Below are positions 50,901 to 59,839 of a stretch of DNA of 64,000 nucleotides, one piece after another (within the stretch, counting starts at the first letter, position 1; each line of letters starts with the position of its first letter). A program made the position numbers and the translations under genes. This DNA comes from Dysgonamonadaceae bacterium. Its GTDB lineage: Bacteria > Bacteroidota > Bacteroidia > Bacteroidales > Azobacteroidaceae. The notes below the pieces were generated by a model that ran no database searches, had not been told where the DNA came from, and saw only the letters and a list, made by a program, of their open reading frames with translations. The stretch covers positions 14,072 through 78,071 of the forward strand of contig JAITQA010000146.1 in the NCBI GenBank assembly GCA_031289145.1, in the 5' to 3' direction.

Positions 50901-52459
50901 GAAGACGGTACGACATACAATTCAAGGCTATCGACAACAATACAATTCGGATAAATAATAAGGATAGCATAAAGTTGAACCTTTCCATTTTACAATTGCC
51001 TCCTATCGAAGAATCAAAATGGTATCAAATCGCACAAGGCACTACACGGGTGTTAATGATGGTAAGAGAGTTCAGTTTTTCTTATTCTGAAAGTAATCGC
51101 ATGATGATCCCGAATTTCAGTCCGGAGATTGGCGATTTCTTCGGACAAGGCGCTACGCCACTTGGCAACTCTCCGGGCTTAGATTTTGCATTTGGTTTAA
51201 CGGGTGAAGGGTATTTGGAAAAAGCCCAAAGAAATGACTGGCTGATAAAAAACAAGGAAAATATTACGCCTTCCATGTTCAATAAGACCCAAACATTTAA
51301 TTTCCAATCGCAATTAGAACCCATTCCCGGAATGCGTATCTCATTGAATGCGACACGATCTAAAACCGAAAGCAATCAGGTTTATTTCATGTACGACAAT
51401 GCGCCGAACAAAGTCACAGGCGATTTCAGAATGACAACCATTTCCTTGAAATCAGCTTTCGAATCGGTGAATGCCGCCGATGGTTATTTTTCCAAAAGTT
51501 TTGACAATTTTTTAAATAACCGGTATATCATTGCCGACCGCTTAGAGCAGGTTTACAACAAAGCAAATTACCCCAATTCCGGGTTTTTGGTCGGTTCCGG
51601 TCTGGCAGATCAACCTTATGACCCATCCATAGGTGCAGTTGATCCGAATACTACCGATGTGCTGATTCCGGCTTTTATCGCTGCTTATACCGGAAGAAAT
51701 CCACATTCTGTTGATATATCCGCTTTCCCTTCTTTGTTGGATTTACTCCCCAATTGGAAGCTTGCTTATGATGGCCTGATGCAGCTACCTTCCATCAGCA
51801 AGCGTTTTCGGAATTTTACAATTGAGCATCAATACAACAGCGTATACTCGGTCGGCGCCTATAATTCCTACCTGAACTGGGTCGCTATCAGCAACAGCGA
51901 CGAATTCGGATTTATACAGAGTATATTGACCGACAATCCATATCCCTCTTCTCCTTACGATATTACGGCCGTAAGTATTACCGAGGGATTTAATCCGCTC
52001 TTCGGAATAAATTCTACTTTATTAAATAATATAAGTCTGACATTCAAATACAATATTTCGCGTAATATTAATCTGAATGTCTCTTCTTATCAAATCAGTG
52101 AAATTTTTAAAAAAGATTTCACATTCGGTACGGGATATAGTTTCGAAAACTTCAATAAAATATTGAAATTAAAAAAGACAGGAGGCGCTAATTTTAATAA
52201 TGAGTTGAAAGTGAAAGTGGATGTTAATTTTGCAAAAACGCAAAGCCTGATCCGCAAAATACAGGAGAATTTCACCCAGGCAATTGAAGGAAATTCACAA
52301 ACAACCATGAAATTTTCAGCAGACTACACTTTGAGCAGATTGATTACTTTACAGGCATTCTTCGATAGACAGGTAAGTAAACCCTTGGTTTCGTCGACTG
52401 CTTATCCGGTATCTAAATCCAGTTTTGGCATCAGTATCAATGTTAGTTTAGCACGATAA
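44927..52459 (+). CDS. sprA: T9SS outer-membrane translocon SprA/Sov
   Basis: About 2500 aa; GGNALFGIKTEMQFGKL, YSYIDDFE, LAWYYID, WGGITR, EDILKDEKKFFENGLP, IRFMRMFL, WVNELRL; adjacent to ruvA as in other Bacteroidota. Confidence 0.95.
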   Translation: MKPCKKYILIGLSILFAGSFYGSNVHLSSSGLEFPAVTFAPESFAIAPEDSLKPLFPVEKIVPENYKELIQSHPIDLRTPETFNSGFQYNPLSNRYELRSKIGDSDLITPISLTPEEYYKYSLQKSMSAYYREKYAEEFLSADSAKKKDVLSIFDFNFDLGPADKIFGPGGVKVNAQGNIITKMGFTHTSTGNPTLTEKQRSRTAFDFDAQIQASFAASVGDKINFDLNYNTESTMSFDTKKIKLAYQGKEDEVLKVLEAGNVSMNTTNSLIRGGNALFGIKTEMQFGKLTVGAIFSQQESQSRSVSSKGNVQTTPFEITVDMYDENMHYFLSHYFYDHYDDAMSSLPYIRSGINIDRIEVWITNRRSDYNEARNIIAFTDLGENQHISTPGFIHPSGSEAVPYNKANDLYANLINNYPGARNISQANQVLGSTPLEGGRDYEKIENARKLGSSEYSFDPQLGYISLRNPLQPDEVLAVSFSYTYNGTTYQVGEFSTDNPNSTTDNLYVKLIKGTMSSPASATWKLIMKNIYTITNSYIDQDKFRLNIKYQNDTTGVFLNYITEGDIANQLLLRVMNLDNLDARQNPYSDGYFDFIEGKTIYAQSGKIVFPVTEPFGSHLRKKIGNDAIADKYVFQELYDSTLTVARQIAEQNKFILQGEYKGSGDAAIGLSGSNIAKGSVVVMANGVRLKENIDYIVDYAGGGVTVINPLYKDADLNIQSEDQSAYGIGLQRKTMMGLNLNYAFNPNFNIGATVMNLSEMPTTMKTLPGQESVNNTLFGFNTNYATQSQALTNFLDKLPFLDLTAPSQITFNAEYAQLIPGHYHSKYGGDYSYIDDFEQAKTPIDLRSPYSWNLASTPSMFTESRLVNNIDYGKNRSLLAWYYIDGLFTRKSSLAPNHIKNDFDQLSNHYVREISEAELFPNKDQRYNESAMLPVLNLAYYPLDRGPYNLDVIGMGTNGKLLNPEKRWGGITRRIESGYTDFEANNFETIEFWLLDPFIYNPDAKGGDLYLNLGEISEDILKDEKKFFENGLPVNGDSTKVERTVWGLVPRQQSLVYAFDNTEGARKYQDVGLDGLINEAEFSYPTYSDYLEALQDRLLPETLQEMRNDPFSPLNDPAGDNYHYFRGSDYDRMELPILGRYKRYNGTEGNSADTNDSPENYNTAAKLVPDVEDINQDNTLNESEKYFQYRVSIRPGNMKVGENFITQKIDVKPNPVLKNGNNETISWYQFKIPIREFENKMGNIQDFKTIRFMRMFLTNFSDSVILRFGTLELVYGSWRTYTQDLSNPNLPTTGNASISLSTVNIEESGSKEPVNYVIPPGVNRILDPSQPQLRQQNEQALSAQITGLQPGDARAIYKSTGLDTRQYRRIQMFSHAEKLAEDINGLQDNDLSIFIRLGSDYKNNYYEYEVPVRITPPGRYDESTASREIVWPRSNMFDFPFELLTNLKLARNSEKRKTGSTVTYYTPFSSYDPDNPMNKVTIIGNPSISDIKVIMIGVRNNSRNTQSVEMWVNELRLTEFNEDGGWAGNANLYLGLSDMGSFNFSGSKETAGFGSLDQGIMDRNLDDTYQFSVGTQLELGRFFPEKAKISIPFYYSYQEKVISPKYNPLDQDVLLKDALNAVETKAEKDSIRNFAQDKATTRSVSFNNVRVDVRSENPMPYDPANFTFSYSVTENNIQNATTQYERTTNTRFGLNYTYAPVIKPWQPFTSSESSKSEKEQPAGSTGSTGSKNKLLQEIAIQYLPNSILLNSDISRDYYEFQLRDLGNLGENMIPPSFREDFLWNRSTVIQWNLTKNLSLNFNSGTNARIEAPHVLVNKKFNPDEYALWKDSVLLSIRSLGTPMEYKQTFMATYTIPFQQIPVLNFVSGSLKFDSNYTWHKGAMLAAEDIDFGNEISNNRTIGIENVRVNLLGFYNKFEFLKKVNDKYTPKRTSVARRNNQRGSEENLKKEAAEKRKMKYEGEVTLNIDSGTTVNHQLNNKHLRITVRKTDGRRYDIQFKAIDNNTIRINNKDSIKLNLSILQLPPIEESKWYQIAQGTTRVLMMVREFSFSYSESNRMMIPNFSPEIGDFFGQGATPLGNSPGLDFAFGLTGEGYLEKAQRNDWLIKNKENITPSMFNKTQTFNFQSQLEPIPGMRISLNATRSKTESNQVYFMYDNAPNKVTGDFRMTTISLKSAFESVNAADGYFSKSFDNFLNNRYIIADRLEQVYNKANYPNSGFLVGSGLADQPYDPSIGAVDPNTTDVLIPAFIAAYTGRNPHSVDISAFPSLLDLLPNWKLAYDGLMQLPSISKRFRNFTIEHQYNSVYSVGAYNSYLNWVAISNSDEFGFIQSILTDNPYPSSPYDITAVSITEGFNPLFGINSTLLNNISLTFKYNISRNINLNVSSYQISEIFKKDFTFGTGYSFENFNKILKLKKTGGANFNNELKVKVDVNFAKTQSLIRKIQENFTQAIEGNSQTTMKFSADYTLSRLITLQAFFDRQVSKPLVSSTAYPVSKSSFGISINVSLAR
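50094..50120 (+). repeat. 9-bp tandem repeat CCGGTTC(C/G)A x3 inside sprA
   Basis: ccggttcca ccggttcca ccggttcga; encodes GSTGSTGS. Confidence 0.85.
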
Positions 52460-52471
52460 TCATCAAAAATA

Positions 52472-53218
52472 ATGAATAATAAAACCCATCTTGATATGCA
52501 AAAAATCGGCACAATATTTATTTTAATCGCTTTATTATTTACGACTAAGGCTTTTGCGGAAAATCCGGAAAATGACGATCCACCCAAAAAAGAAACATCC
52601 ACCGTAGAAAAAGTGGTTGCATGGTATATGGATAACATGAATTACGGAACAATATTGCTGTTGATGACCGTCGAGAGTTCATTTATACCTTTCCCTTCCG
52701 AAGTGATTGTTCCTCCGGCAGCCTACAAGGCAAGCCAGGAAGACAGCGGGATGCATATTGTTTTGGTAGTCTTGTTTGCCACGCTGGGCGCACTGTTGGG
52801 GGCCGTCATCAACTATTACCTGGCGCTGTGGTTAGGCCGCCCTATCGTATACCGTTTTGCCGAAAGTAAAATAGGGAAAATGTGCTTGTTAAGCAAAGAA
52901 AAAGTTATCCGGGCTGAAAACTATTTCACCCGGCACGGTAAATCCTCAACCCTGATCGGACGATTGGTACCGGCCGTGCGCCAATTGATCTCCATACCGG
53001 CCGGACTTTCAAAAATGCATATAGGAAACTTCCTGCTATTCACAGGTATAGGTGCACTGACATGGAACATTGTCTTAGCAATACTGGGATATATAGCACA
53101 CGGACAGTCCGACATGATCGACAAATACAACAAAGAACTTTCCTACGCTTTGTTGGGCTTAGGAACGCTCTTCGTTTGTTATTTAGTCTACAACGGATTC
53201 TTTAAGAAGAAAAAGTAA
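52472..53218 (+). CDS. DedA family membrane protein
   Basis: LMTVESSFIPFPSEV, GRLVPAVRQLISIPAGLSKM; signal-peptide-like N-terminal extension (possible start 52496). Confidence 0.88.
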   Translation: MNNKTHLDMQKIGTIFILIALLFTTKAFAENPENDDPPKKETSTVEKVVAWYMDNMNYGTILLLMTVESSFIPFPSEVIVPPAAYKASQEDSGMHIVLVVLFATLGALLGAVINYYLALWLGRPIVYRFAESKIGKMCLLSKEKVIRAENYFTRHGKSSTLIGRLVPAVRQLISIPAGLSKMHIGNFLLFTGIGALTWNIVLAILGYIAHGQSDMIDKYNKELSYALLGLGTLFVCYLVYNGFFKKKK

Positions 53219-53244
53219 AACAGAATTCTTTTCGCTTTCTGCTG

Positions 53245-54096
53245 TTACAGGAGTTTTAAATCCTGTAGGAATGTCGGAATACTTTGCTCAAAATTGACAC
53301 CGAAACGGATATCTGATCCCGCATCAGCTGTCCTTTTTATGGCTGCGGCGGTAAAGCGAACCGCAATTTCCGCTGCTTTGTGCAAGGGGAAATCGTTCAG
53401 CAAAGCGGACAGCAGCGCCGACCCGAATACATCGCCCGTACCGTGATAATAGCCCGGAATACGCTTTTCAAAAGCATACGCGATTTCGCCCGTAGCCGCG
53501 TCGTATGTAGCCGCACCCAATTGTTCATCGTTGAAAAACACGCCGGTCAGTACGATTTTCCGGGGACCTAATTTACTTAATTTCTTCAACATAGCTTCCA
53601 CGTATGCTTCCGTGTAGGGTCCGGGGTTATAAGGCTCCCCTATCAGCAAAGCTGCTTCCGTAAAATTGGGGATAATAATGTCGGCCTTTTCACACAATTT
53701 GCGCATGCCAACCGCAAATTCAGGAGAGAAAATCTTGTAGAGTTCGCCATTATCGGCCATAACCGGATCAACTAAAATGAGATTGTCTTTCGTTTTGAAA
53801 GTTTCAAAAAATTTCGTAATCAGGTTTAATTGCTCAAATGAACCCAAAAATCCGGTATAAATGGCGTCAAAGCAAATATCCAACGATTTCCAATGGTCGG
53901 AAATTGCCTGAATATCATCTGTTAAATCCCTGTAAGTAAATCCTGTAAAACCGCCCGTATGCGTCGACAATACCGCTGTCGGCAGTACGGTTGTTTCTAT
54001 ACCTGCTGCCGAGATAATGGGTAATGCAACCGTTAAAGAACATTTGCCGAATCCCGAAATATCATGGATTGCAGCCACTCTTTTCAAATTTTTCAT
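53245..54096 (-). CDS. pdxK: Pyridoxal/pyridoxamine kinase
   Basis: AAIHDISGFGKCSL, LPTAVLSTHT, IYTGFLGS, VDPVMADNG, IIPNFTEA, YHGTGDVF. Confidence 0.88.
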   Translation of the reverse strand: MKNLKRVAAIHDISGFGKCSLTVALPIISAAGIETTVLPTAVLSTHTGGFTGFTYRDLTDDIQAISDHWKSLDICFDAIYTGFLGSFEQLNLITKFFETFKTKDNLILVDPVMADNGELYKIFSPEFAVGMRKLCEKADIIIPNFTEAALLIGEPYNPGPYTEAYVEAMLKKLSKLGPRKIVLTGVFFNDEQLGAATYDAATGEIAYAFEKRIPGYYHGTGDVFGSALLSALLNDFPLHKAAEIAVRFTAAAIKRTADAGSDIRFGVNFEQSIPTFLQDLKLL

Positions 54097-54125
54097 GTAT
54101 ACTTTTTTATTTTTTTAATCGGCTG

Positions 54126-54192
54126 CAAAGATACAACTTTTTGGAAAATTTGCATAATACTGCCTCCTATTCCCAAATTATTCGTACCTTTG
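54126..54192. promoter_or_regulatory. Back-to-back promoters for pdxK and nhaD
   Basis: CAAAGATA 54126-54133 (minus-strand TATCTTTG) and TACCTTTG 54185-54192 (plus). Confidence 0.55.
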
Positions 54193-54237
54193 CCTCCGTT
54201 TTAAAATTTTAATTTACATTTATCAACCATAATTTTT

Positions 54238-55524
54238 ATGTTTATGTTTTACCTCATGATCGTAGTCTTTGTGATAGGCTACATTTGCATTGCGCTGGAA
54301 CATCCGATACGTGTCAATAAATCGGCGACAGCCCTTCTTCTGGGAACCCTTATGTGGGTGCTTGGCGTTTCTTATCTTCCGGAAGCGCATAATTCTCTGG
54401 TGGAACATCTGGGAGAAGTGGCAGAAATTCTGTTCTTCCTGATGGGCGCCATGACGATTGTCGAAATTGTAGACGTACACGAAGGATTCAGGATCATCAC
54501 CGACAAAATCCGCACTACGAAAAAAACTTCGCTTTTGTGGATCATCGGCATCATTACTTTTTTCATGTCGGCAGCCTTGGATAACCTGACAACTTCTATC
54601 GTAATGATAGCGCTGCTGCGAAAACTGATAGGAGACAAAAAGGAACGCTGGTTTTTTGCAGGAATCGTTATTCTGGCAGCCAATTCCGGAGGTGCATGGT
54701 CGCCCATCGGAGATGTGACTACCATCATGCTGTGGATTGCCAATAAAGTTTCAGCTACCCATATCATCACAACAACTTTCTTAGCCAGCCTCGTTTCAAT
54801 GATTGTCCCCATATTGATTCTTTCGTTCACAATGAAAGGCAATGTGAGCCGTCCGGAAGCGAAAGATCTCAATACTTACCGTGTCGAATTGAATCAAACC
54901 GAGCGAAACTTGGTGTTCTTTTTAGGCGTCGGCGCCTTGCTGTTTGTTCCGGTTTTCAAAACCATCACCCATCTGCCGCCTTATCTGGGTATGCTTGGCG
55001 GATTGGGCGTTCTTTGGATAGTTACGGGCTTTATGCACAAGAGACGTTCCGAAAGCGATTTGAACCGTTTATCAGTCAATAATATCTTGAGCAGAATCGA
55101 TACGCCCAGTATCCTCTTTTTCCTCGGAATTCTTATGGCCGTCAATGCCTTGCAATCTTGTGGGCAGTTAGGTATGCTCTCAACTTCTCTGGATAAAATC
55201 CCCTTGGACGAACCTGGTAAATACTACCTGATTACATCCATTATCGGCGTACTTTCTTCTGTCGTGGACAACGTGCCTTTGGTCGCAGGCGCCATGGGAA
55301 TGTACAACTTCCCGATTGACCATTACTTCTGGGCGTTTTTAGCGTATGCCGCCGGAACAGGCGGCAGCATCCTGATTATAGGGTCTGCTGCCGGTGTTGC
55401 CGTCATGGGGATGGAGAAAATCGATTTCATCTGGTATCTGAAAAAGATTTCATGGCTTGCATTTATCGGTTACATAGCCGGTTGTGCCACTTACATTGTG
55501 CAAGAATTCCTGCTCTTAAATTAA
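54238..55524 (+). CDS. nhaD: NhaD-type Na+/H+ antiporter
   Basis: LEHPIRVNKSATAL, FFMSAALDNLTT, ANSGGAWSPIGDVTT, SSVVDNVPLV, AGTGGSILIIGSAAG. Confidence 0.9.
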   Translation: MFMFYLMIVVFVIGYICIALEHPIRVNKSATALLLGTLMWVLGVSYLPEAHNSLVEHLGEVAEILFFLMGAMTIVEIVDVHEGFRIITDKIRTTKKTSLLWIIGIITFFMSAALDNLTTSIVMIALLRKLIGDKKERWFFAGIVILAANSGGAWSPIGDVTTIMLWIANKVSATHIITTTFLASLVSMIVPILILSFTMKGNVSRPEAKDLNTYRVELNQTERNLVFFLGVGALLFVPVFKTITHLPPYLGMLGGLGVLWIVTGFMHKRRSESDLNRLSVNNILSRIDTPSILFFLGILMAVNALQSCGQLGMLSTSLDKIPLDEPGKYYLITSIIGVLSSVVDNVPLVAGAMGMYNFPIDHYFWAFLAYAAGTGGSILIIGSAAGVAVMGMEKIDFIWYLKKISWLAFIGYIAGCATYIVQEFLLLN

Positions 55525-55546
55525 TTTTTGATAACGAATTCTTCAT

Positions 55547-57868
55547 TTACTTCACCACCGCCGGTTTCCGGAATGTTTTCACATTCCCCTTTGTATCATA
55601 TATTTCCATGTAGATGATATAGATACCGGCGGTTAGTTTTCGTCCGGAATTACCTTGACCGTTCCAGACCAAGTTTCCCTCAGCGCCCAGCAATTCGTTG
55701 TTGGCAATGATGTTTACGCTTCTGCCGGAAGCGTCAAATACGATTGCCTTGCAACGGTATCCGGGAGCATTGAATTGATAATGAATAATATAGCTATCCG
55801 AACCGATAGTCGGGTAGGCAACGGTTATGCCCTCATCAATTCCGGTCTGACCGGAGCCTTGCGAATTGGCATATCCCGGCGTACCAAATCCACTTCCGGC
55901 CGAAGCGGAATGCCAATTGCCCGGATCATTGGACGGACGATTGAAATCGGAACGTTCCAGTGAGATACCTTTCTTATTGCTGATTCCTTCCGCATGCATT
56001 TTTTCGTCATAAGCAAATTCATCTACAATTTCTTCCGTTTGACTATTCAGCAAAACGACGCAACCGGAAGCATTTGCCAAAGAAGGCATGACGCTTAATT
56101 CGGTGAAGAAGGATTCCGGTCGACAAGAGAAAAATGAGCAGACCAAATCCCGGCTTTTCGTTACCACCAAATAATCGCCCGGATGAAACAGCAAGGGAGC
56201 TGTTGCCAAAGGATATGCCTTATTGAACGAACCGTCCGACGGTTTTCGGCTCGTGATTTGCAGAAGACGTAAATCGAACGACTTGTCCGAATGATTGTAA
56301 ACCTCCACATATTCCGTGCCTCCCGTCGGCGGATTGAACAGTATTTCACCGATCAGAATTTCTCCGGGGAGAGCTGTATGCCCGGAACCAAGCAACACCT
56401 GTTTATCAGCGAGAGCGAATCCGGATAAATCCCTTACACCCGCTAATACCAATTCAATCAGTTCCCCTTGCGGCAGCGGCAAAGACAATTGGATGTCCAA
56501 TTCCGTTCCTTTCGGGTCGTTGCTTTGCAAAGCGATAATCTCGTATTGCGGATCACTGATTGTATACGAATTTTTGTCCGATAAAGTCCGCCTGTCCATG
56601 GGTTTGGAAAAAGTCAACCGGAATCCGCTGTTTTCCGTAGTTTGGACAGCGGTAATTTCAGGGATTTCGGTATCCACATTGCTGTTTTTCACGGAATTTT
56701 CCCTGCCCGGCGTTCCGCCCGCCACATCGGAAGCTATCCAATTGGAAGCGGTATTGCTTTTGTTTGTCAGGTCGATACATTCCAAAGACCAACCGCCGCC
56801 TTTCTTTATGTTGTCGCGATACATCTGGTCGGAGTATTCAAACCATGCAACCAAATTTCCTGCATCGGTAGTCAACGAAAGTAACTTCCCGGTATTGGCT
56901 AAGGTGGGAAAAGATGTTACGCCGATAACACGTACATTTTCCGGAAACGCACTCACCGTCGTTGTTTTAGTCAACACAAAACAGGTATTCGGAGGGATTG
57001 TTTCATCGGGTAGTTTGTAGGAATTATCACCATAGTAATACAAGCAATTTTTCAGGTTAAAAGTTTTCTCACTCGCATTGTACAATTCGATGTATTCGGG
57101 ATCACTTCCTCCAGGATTAGCCATGATCTCGCTGAAAATTATATCGCCGTACTCCGGATTTTCGGTGTTGCCTCCCGGATCGGAAGGGCCTTGCTCATCA
57201 TCCCTCAGTTCACGGACTAAGAAATCGTCGAAATGGAAAGATTTGCTTCGGGTAGAAGTAAAATAACAGACAATTCCGAAATTTTTACCGCCGGTCAACA
57301 ATTCCGAAACAGGGCAAGTCCCTTCTTGAACGTATTCCGGTTCATTTTCCAATTTTGAAAACAAGACTAAATCGCCGTTTTTATTCAAGGTAACTTTGAT
57401 TTGCACGGCAACGGACGATTGATCCAAACGTTTGCTCAGGCCTTCGATCAGCGTCTTGTTGTTTTTCCCTTTCTGCGACAGTATCAGGCTCACATTCTTG
57501 TTGGTATAGCCTACCCGAACAAACAGCCCGTCTAATGTCCCTGTCAGATCATCTTCATCACTACACAAAAAAATCCGGACATAATTGGATGATGTCGGAT
57601 TAAAATCCATTTTCAGCCAAAATTCCCAATACGCATTGGCAAAAAGACCCGAAGCGGTTCGCAATTGTGCGGGAGAACCTGTAGTAGGCGCGTTCAGTTG
57701 CAATTGCAAGGCATCATTTACCATAAACTTATCCACATCGCCCAACCATTCCACGGAACGGCTCTTTGAGGGATTGCTCTGAAAGATACCATCGCTGAAA
57801 TTTTCCGAAAACTGGGAAAAAACGCAGCATGGCAATAAAAACAGCAGTAATAAACTAATTTTTTTCAT
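55547..57868 (-). CDS. Secreted lamin-tail-domain protein with T9SS-type/FlgD-Ig C-terminus
   Basis: Signal peptide; two LTD starts (IIFSEIMANP...EYIELYN; ILIGEILFNP...EYVEVYN), GGWSLE, GTPGRENS, GTPGYANS; C-terminal WNGQGNSGRKLTAGIYII. Confidence 0.8.
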   Translation of the reverse strand: MKKISLLLLFLLPCCVFSQFSENFSDGIFQSNPSKSRSVEWLGDVDKFMVNDALQLQLNAPTTGSPAQLRTASGLFANAYWEFWLKMDFNPTSSNYVRIFLCSDEDDLTGTLDGLFVRVGYTNKNVSLILSQKGKNNKTLIEGLSKRLDQSSVAVQIKVTLNKNGDLVLFSKLENEPEYVQEGTCPVSELLTGGKNFGIVCYFTSTRSKSFHFDDFLVRELRDDEQGPSDPGGNTENPEYGDIIFSEIMANPGGSDPEYIELYNASEKTFNLKNCLYYYGDNSYKLPDETIPPNTCFVLTKTTTVSAFPENVRVIGVTSFPTLANTGKLLSLTTDAGNLVAWFEYSDQMYRDNIKKGGGWSLECIDLTNKSNTASNWIASDVAGGTPGRENSVKNSNVDTEIPEITAVQTTENSGFRLTFSKPMDRRTLSDKNSYTISDPQYEIIALQSNDPKGTELDIQLSLPLPQGELIELVLAGVRDLSGFALADKQVLLGSGHTALPGEILIGEILFNPPTGGTEYVEVYNHSDKSFDLRLLQITSRKPSDGSFNKAYPLATAPLLFHPGDYLVVTKSRDLVCSFFSCRPESFFTELSVMPSLANASGCVVLLNSQTEEIVDEFAYDEKMHAEGISNKKGISLERSDFNRPSNDPGNWHSASAGSGFGTPGYANSQGSGQTGIDEGITVAYPTIGSDSYIIHYQFNAPGYRCKAIVFDASGRSVNIIANNELLGAEGNLVWNGQGNSGRKLTAGIYIIYMEIYDTKGNVKTFRKPAVVK

Positions 57869-58003
57869 ACTAAAAAATGTTTTGGTTAATAATTTTATTA
57901 ATTTTGCAGCCCGATAGGAAACTATCGCATTGCAGGTACAAATATAAGTATTTTTTTACAAAGAATCATAAAATATTAATTATTTTTTCAAAAACGGATA
58001 AAA

Positions 58004-59011
58004 ATGAAAATAGCAATTGTTGGTGTAAGCGGCGCAGTAGGTCAGGAATTCCTTCGCGTATTGGCTGAGCGAAATTTCCCCACGGATGAAATCCTGCTTT
58101 TCGGCTCCTCACGGAGTGCGGGAAGTATTTATGAATTTAGAGGCAAATCAATAACAGTCAAAGAACTGCGGCACAACGATGATTTTAAGGATGTGTCCAT
58201 AGCCTTTACATCGGCCGGAGCAGGGACTTCCAAAGAATATGCTGGAACCATCACGCAATACGGAGCGGTAATGATTGACAACTCCAGCGCTTTTCGCATG
58301 GACGAAGCTATTCCCTTGGTTGTGCCGGAAGTAAATGCCGAAGATGCCAAAATCCGTCCCCGCGGCATTATCGCCAATCCCAACTGCTCTACCATTCAAA
58401 TGGTTGTAGCTTTAAAGCCTTTGGAAGCTATTTCCCATATCAAACGGATACATGTAGCTACTTACCAATCGGCTTCAGGCGCAGGGGCGGCCGCTATGGC
58501 GGAACTGGTCCGGCAACACGAACAAATCGCGAAAGCGGAAGAACCTACGGTGGATAAGTTTGCTTACCAGTTGGCGTTCAACGTGATTCCGCATATTGAT
58601 ATTTTTCTGGAAAACGGATATACCAAAGAAGAAATGAAAATGCACAACGAAACGCGAAAAATCATGCATTCCGATGTGGATGTGAGCGCTACCTGCGTTC
58701 GCGTACCGGCCTTGCGGGCACATTCCGAAGCCGTTTGGATAGAAACCGAACGGCCTATCTCAGTGGAAGAAGCAATTGCTGCGTTCACAAAAGCAGAAGG
58801 ACTTATCGTTCAGGATAATCCGGCGGAAAAAATTTATCCGATGCCGCTGTTTGTCGCATCACACGACCCTGTTTATGTAGGCCGTATCCGGAAAGATATC
58901 GCCCATCCGAACGGACTCTCGTTCTGGTGCGTGGGTGACCAGATAAAGAAAGGAGCAGCGCTCAACGCTGTTCAGATCGCCGAGTACCTGATTAAGGAAA
59001 AAGAATTGTAA
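58004..59011 (+). CDS. asd: Aspartate-semialdehyde dehydrogenase
   Basis: [53 protein letters not shown]. Confidence 0.97.
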   Translation: MKIAIVGVSGAVGQEFLRVLAERNFPTDEILLFGSSRSAGSIYEFRGKSITVKELRHNDDFKDVSIAFTSAGAGTSKEYAGTITQYGAVMIDNSSAFRMDEAIPLVVPEVNAEDAKIRPRGIIANPNCSTIQMVVALKPLEAISHIKRIHVATYQSASGAGAAAMAELVRQHEQIAKAEEPTVDKFAYQLAFNVIPHIDIFLENGYTKEEMKMHNETRKIMHSDVDVSATCVRVPALRAHSEAVWIETERPISVEEAIAAFTKAEGLIVQDNPAEKIYPMPLFVASHDPVYVGRIRKDIAHPNGLSFWCVGDQIKKGAALNAVQIAEYLIKEKEL

Positions 59012-59114
59012 AACAACGAGGCGCTCAATTTTTGCTTGTCTTCATTTTAAGTACGGGACTGAAAGTGATACCTGGCTTGTATGAGGCATTCCGACGGTGT
59101 GCCTTTGAAGTTTG

Positions 59115-59513
59115 TTAAATTTCGTATAGCAGATTTTCTATTGTTGCGATAAATTCTTTGGCGGGTTCGATTAATGGCTTAACATCACTTTCTTCTATCA
59201 AAATCCAATCTTCATAATCACCTCTTTGCCTGAGATTAAACAAATTACCATAAAGTTTAATCATTGTTTTATCCAATTTGTTTTTTTGAACATAAGACGC
59301 CAATATGCTTTTCACACCGTTATGTGTATGCGCCAAATGACCATCATTTATCAACAATGCGCTCGCAGCGTAAAAGCAAGAATAATACAATCTATTGATT
59401 GCATTTCCCCATAAATCATTTTCAATCAATATTTTAATTTCCGAAAAAGTTCCTTTTGCTTTTTCCAATCTAAAATTTATAATTGATTTTCTTTCCTCTT
59501 CTGTTAAACCCAT
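59115..59513 (-). CDS. HEPN domain protein (putative toxin of an MNT/HEPN pair)
   Basis: NRLYYSCFYAASALL, HTHNGV, LFNLRQRGDY; immediately downstream of an MNT gene. Confidence 0.85.
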   Translation of the reverse strand: MGLTEEERKSIINFRLEKAKGTFSEIKILIENDLWGNAINRLYYSCFYAASALLINDGHLAHTHNGVKSILASYVQKNKLDKTMIKLYGNLFNLRQRGDYEDWILIEESDVKPLIEPAKEFIATIENLLYEI

Positions 59514-59524
59514 AGTGCGATGTG

Positions 59525-59839
59525 TTATTGAATTTCCATCCCTTCGCGTGTCACATTTTTATAAAAAGGGAAATTTTTCCCTTTTTCCCATTCTTCGGTT
59601 GTATAGAGGTATGTGTTAATGACGATTCCGTAGCCCCAACCGATTTCTTCAAACGGAAAGCCAAATTGATTGTAGTGATCTATAGTATGTTTTCCTTTTT
59701 GGTGTAGCAACAGCAGCAAATCCCAGTCGGAATCGGGGCGGGCGTCTCCACGTGCCTGCGAGCCAAACAGTATCAAACGCTCATTGGGTATGAGCTGGCG
59801 TTTGAGCTGGCGGATATTTTCAAGAATCTGTTGATTCAT
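59525..59839 (-). CDS. Minimal nucleotidyltransferase (MNT antitoxin)
   Basis: LFGSQARGDARPDSDWDL (GSx10DxD); ATG 59839; promoter box TAACTTTG (plus CAAAGTTA 59858-59865) just upstream. Confidence 0.88.
   Translation of the reverse strand: MNQQILENIRQLKRQLIPNERLILFGSQARGDARPDSDWDLLLLLHQKGKHTIDHYNQFGFPFEEIGWGYGIVINTYLYTTEEWEKGKNFPFYKNVTREGMEIQ

Noticed and set aside
56316-57020. 234-aa plus-strand ORF
   Set aside because: Antisense in-register shadow of the lamin-tail gene.
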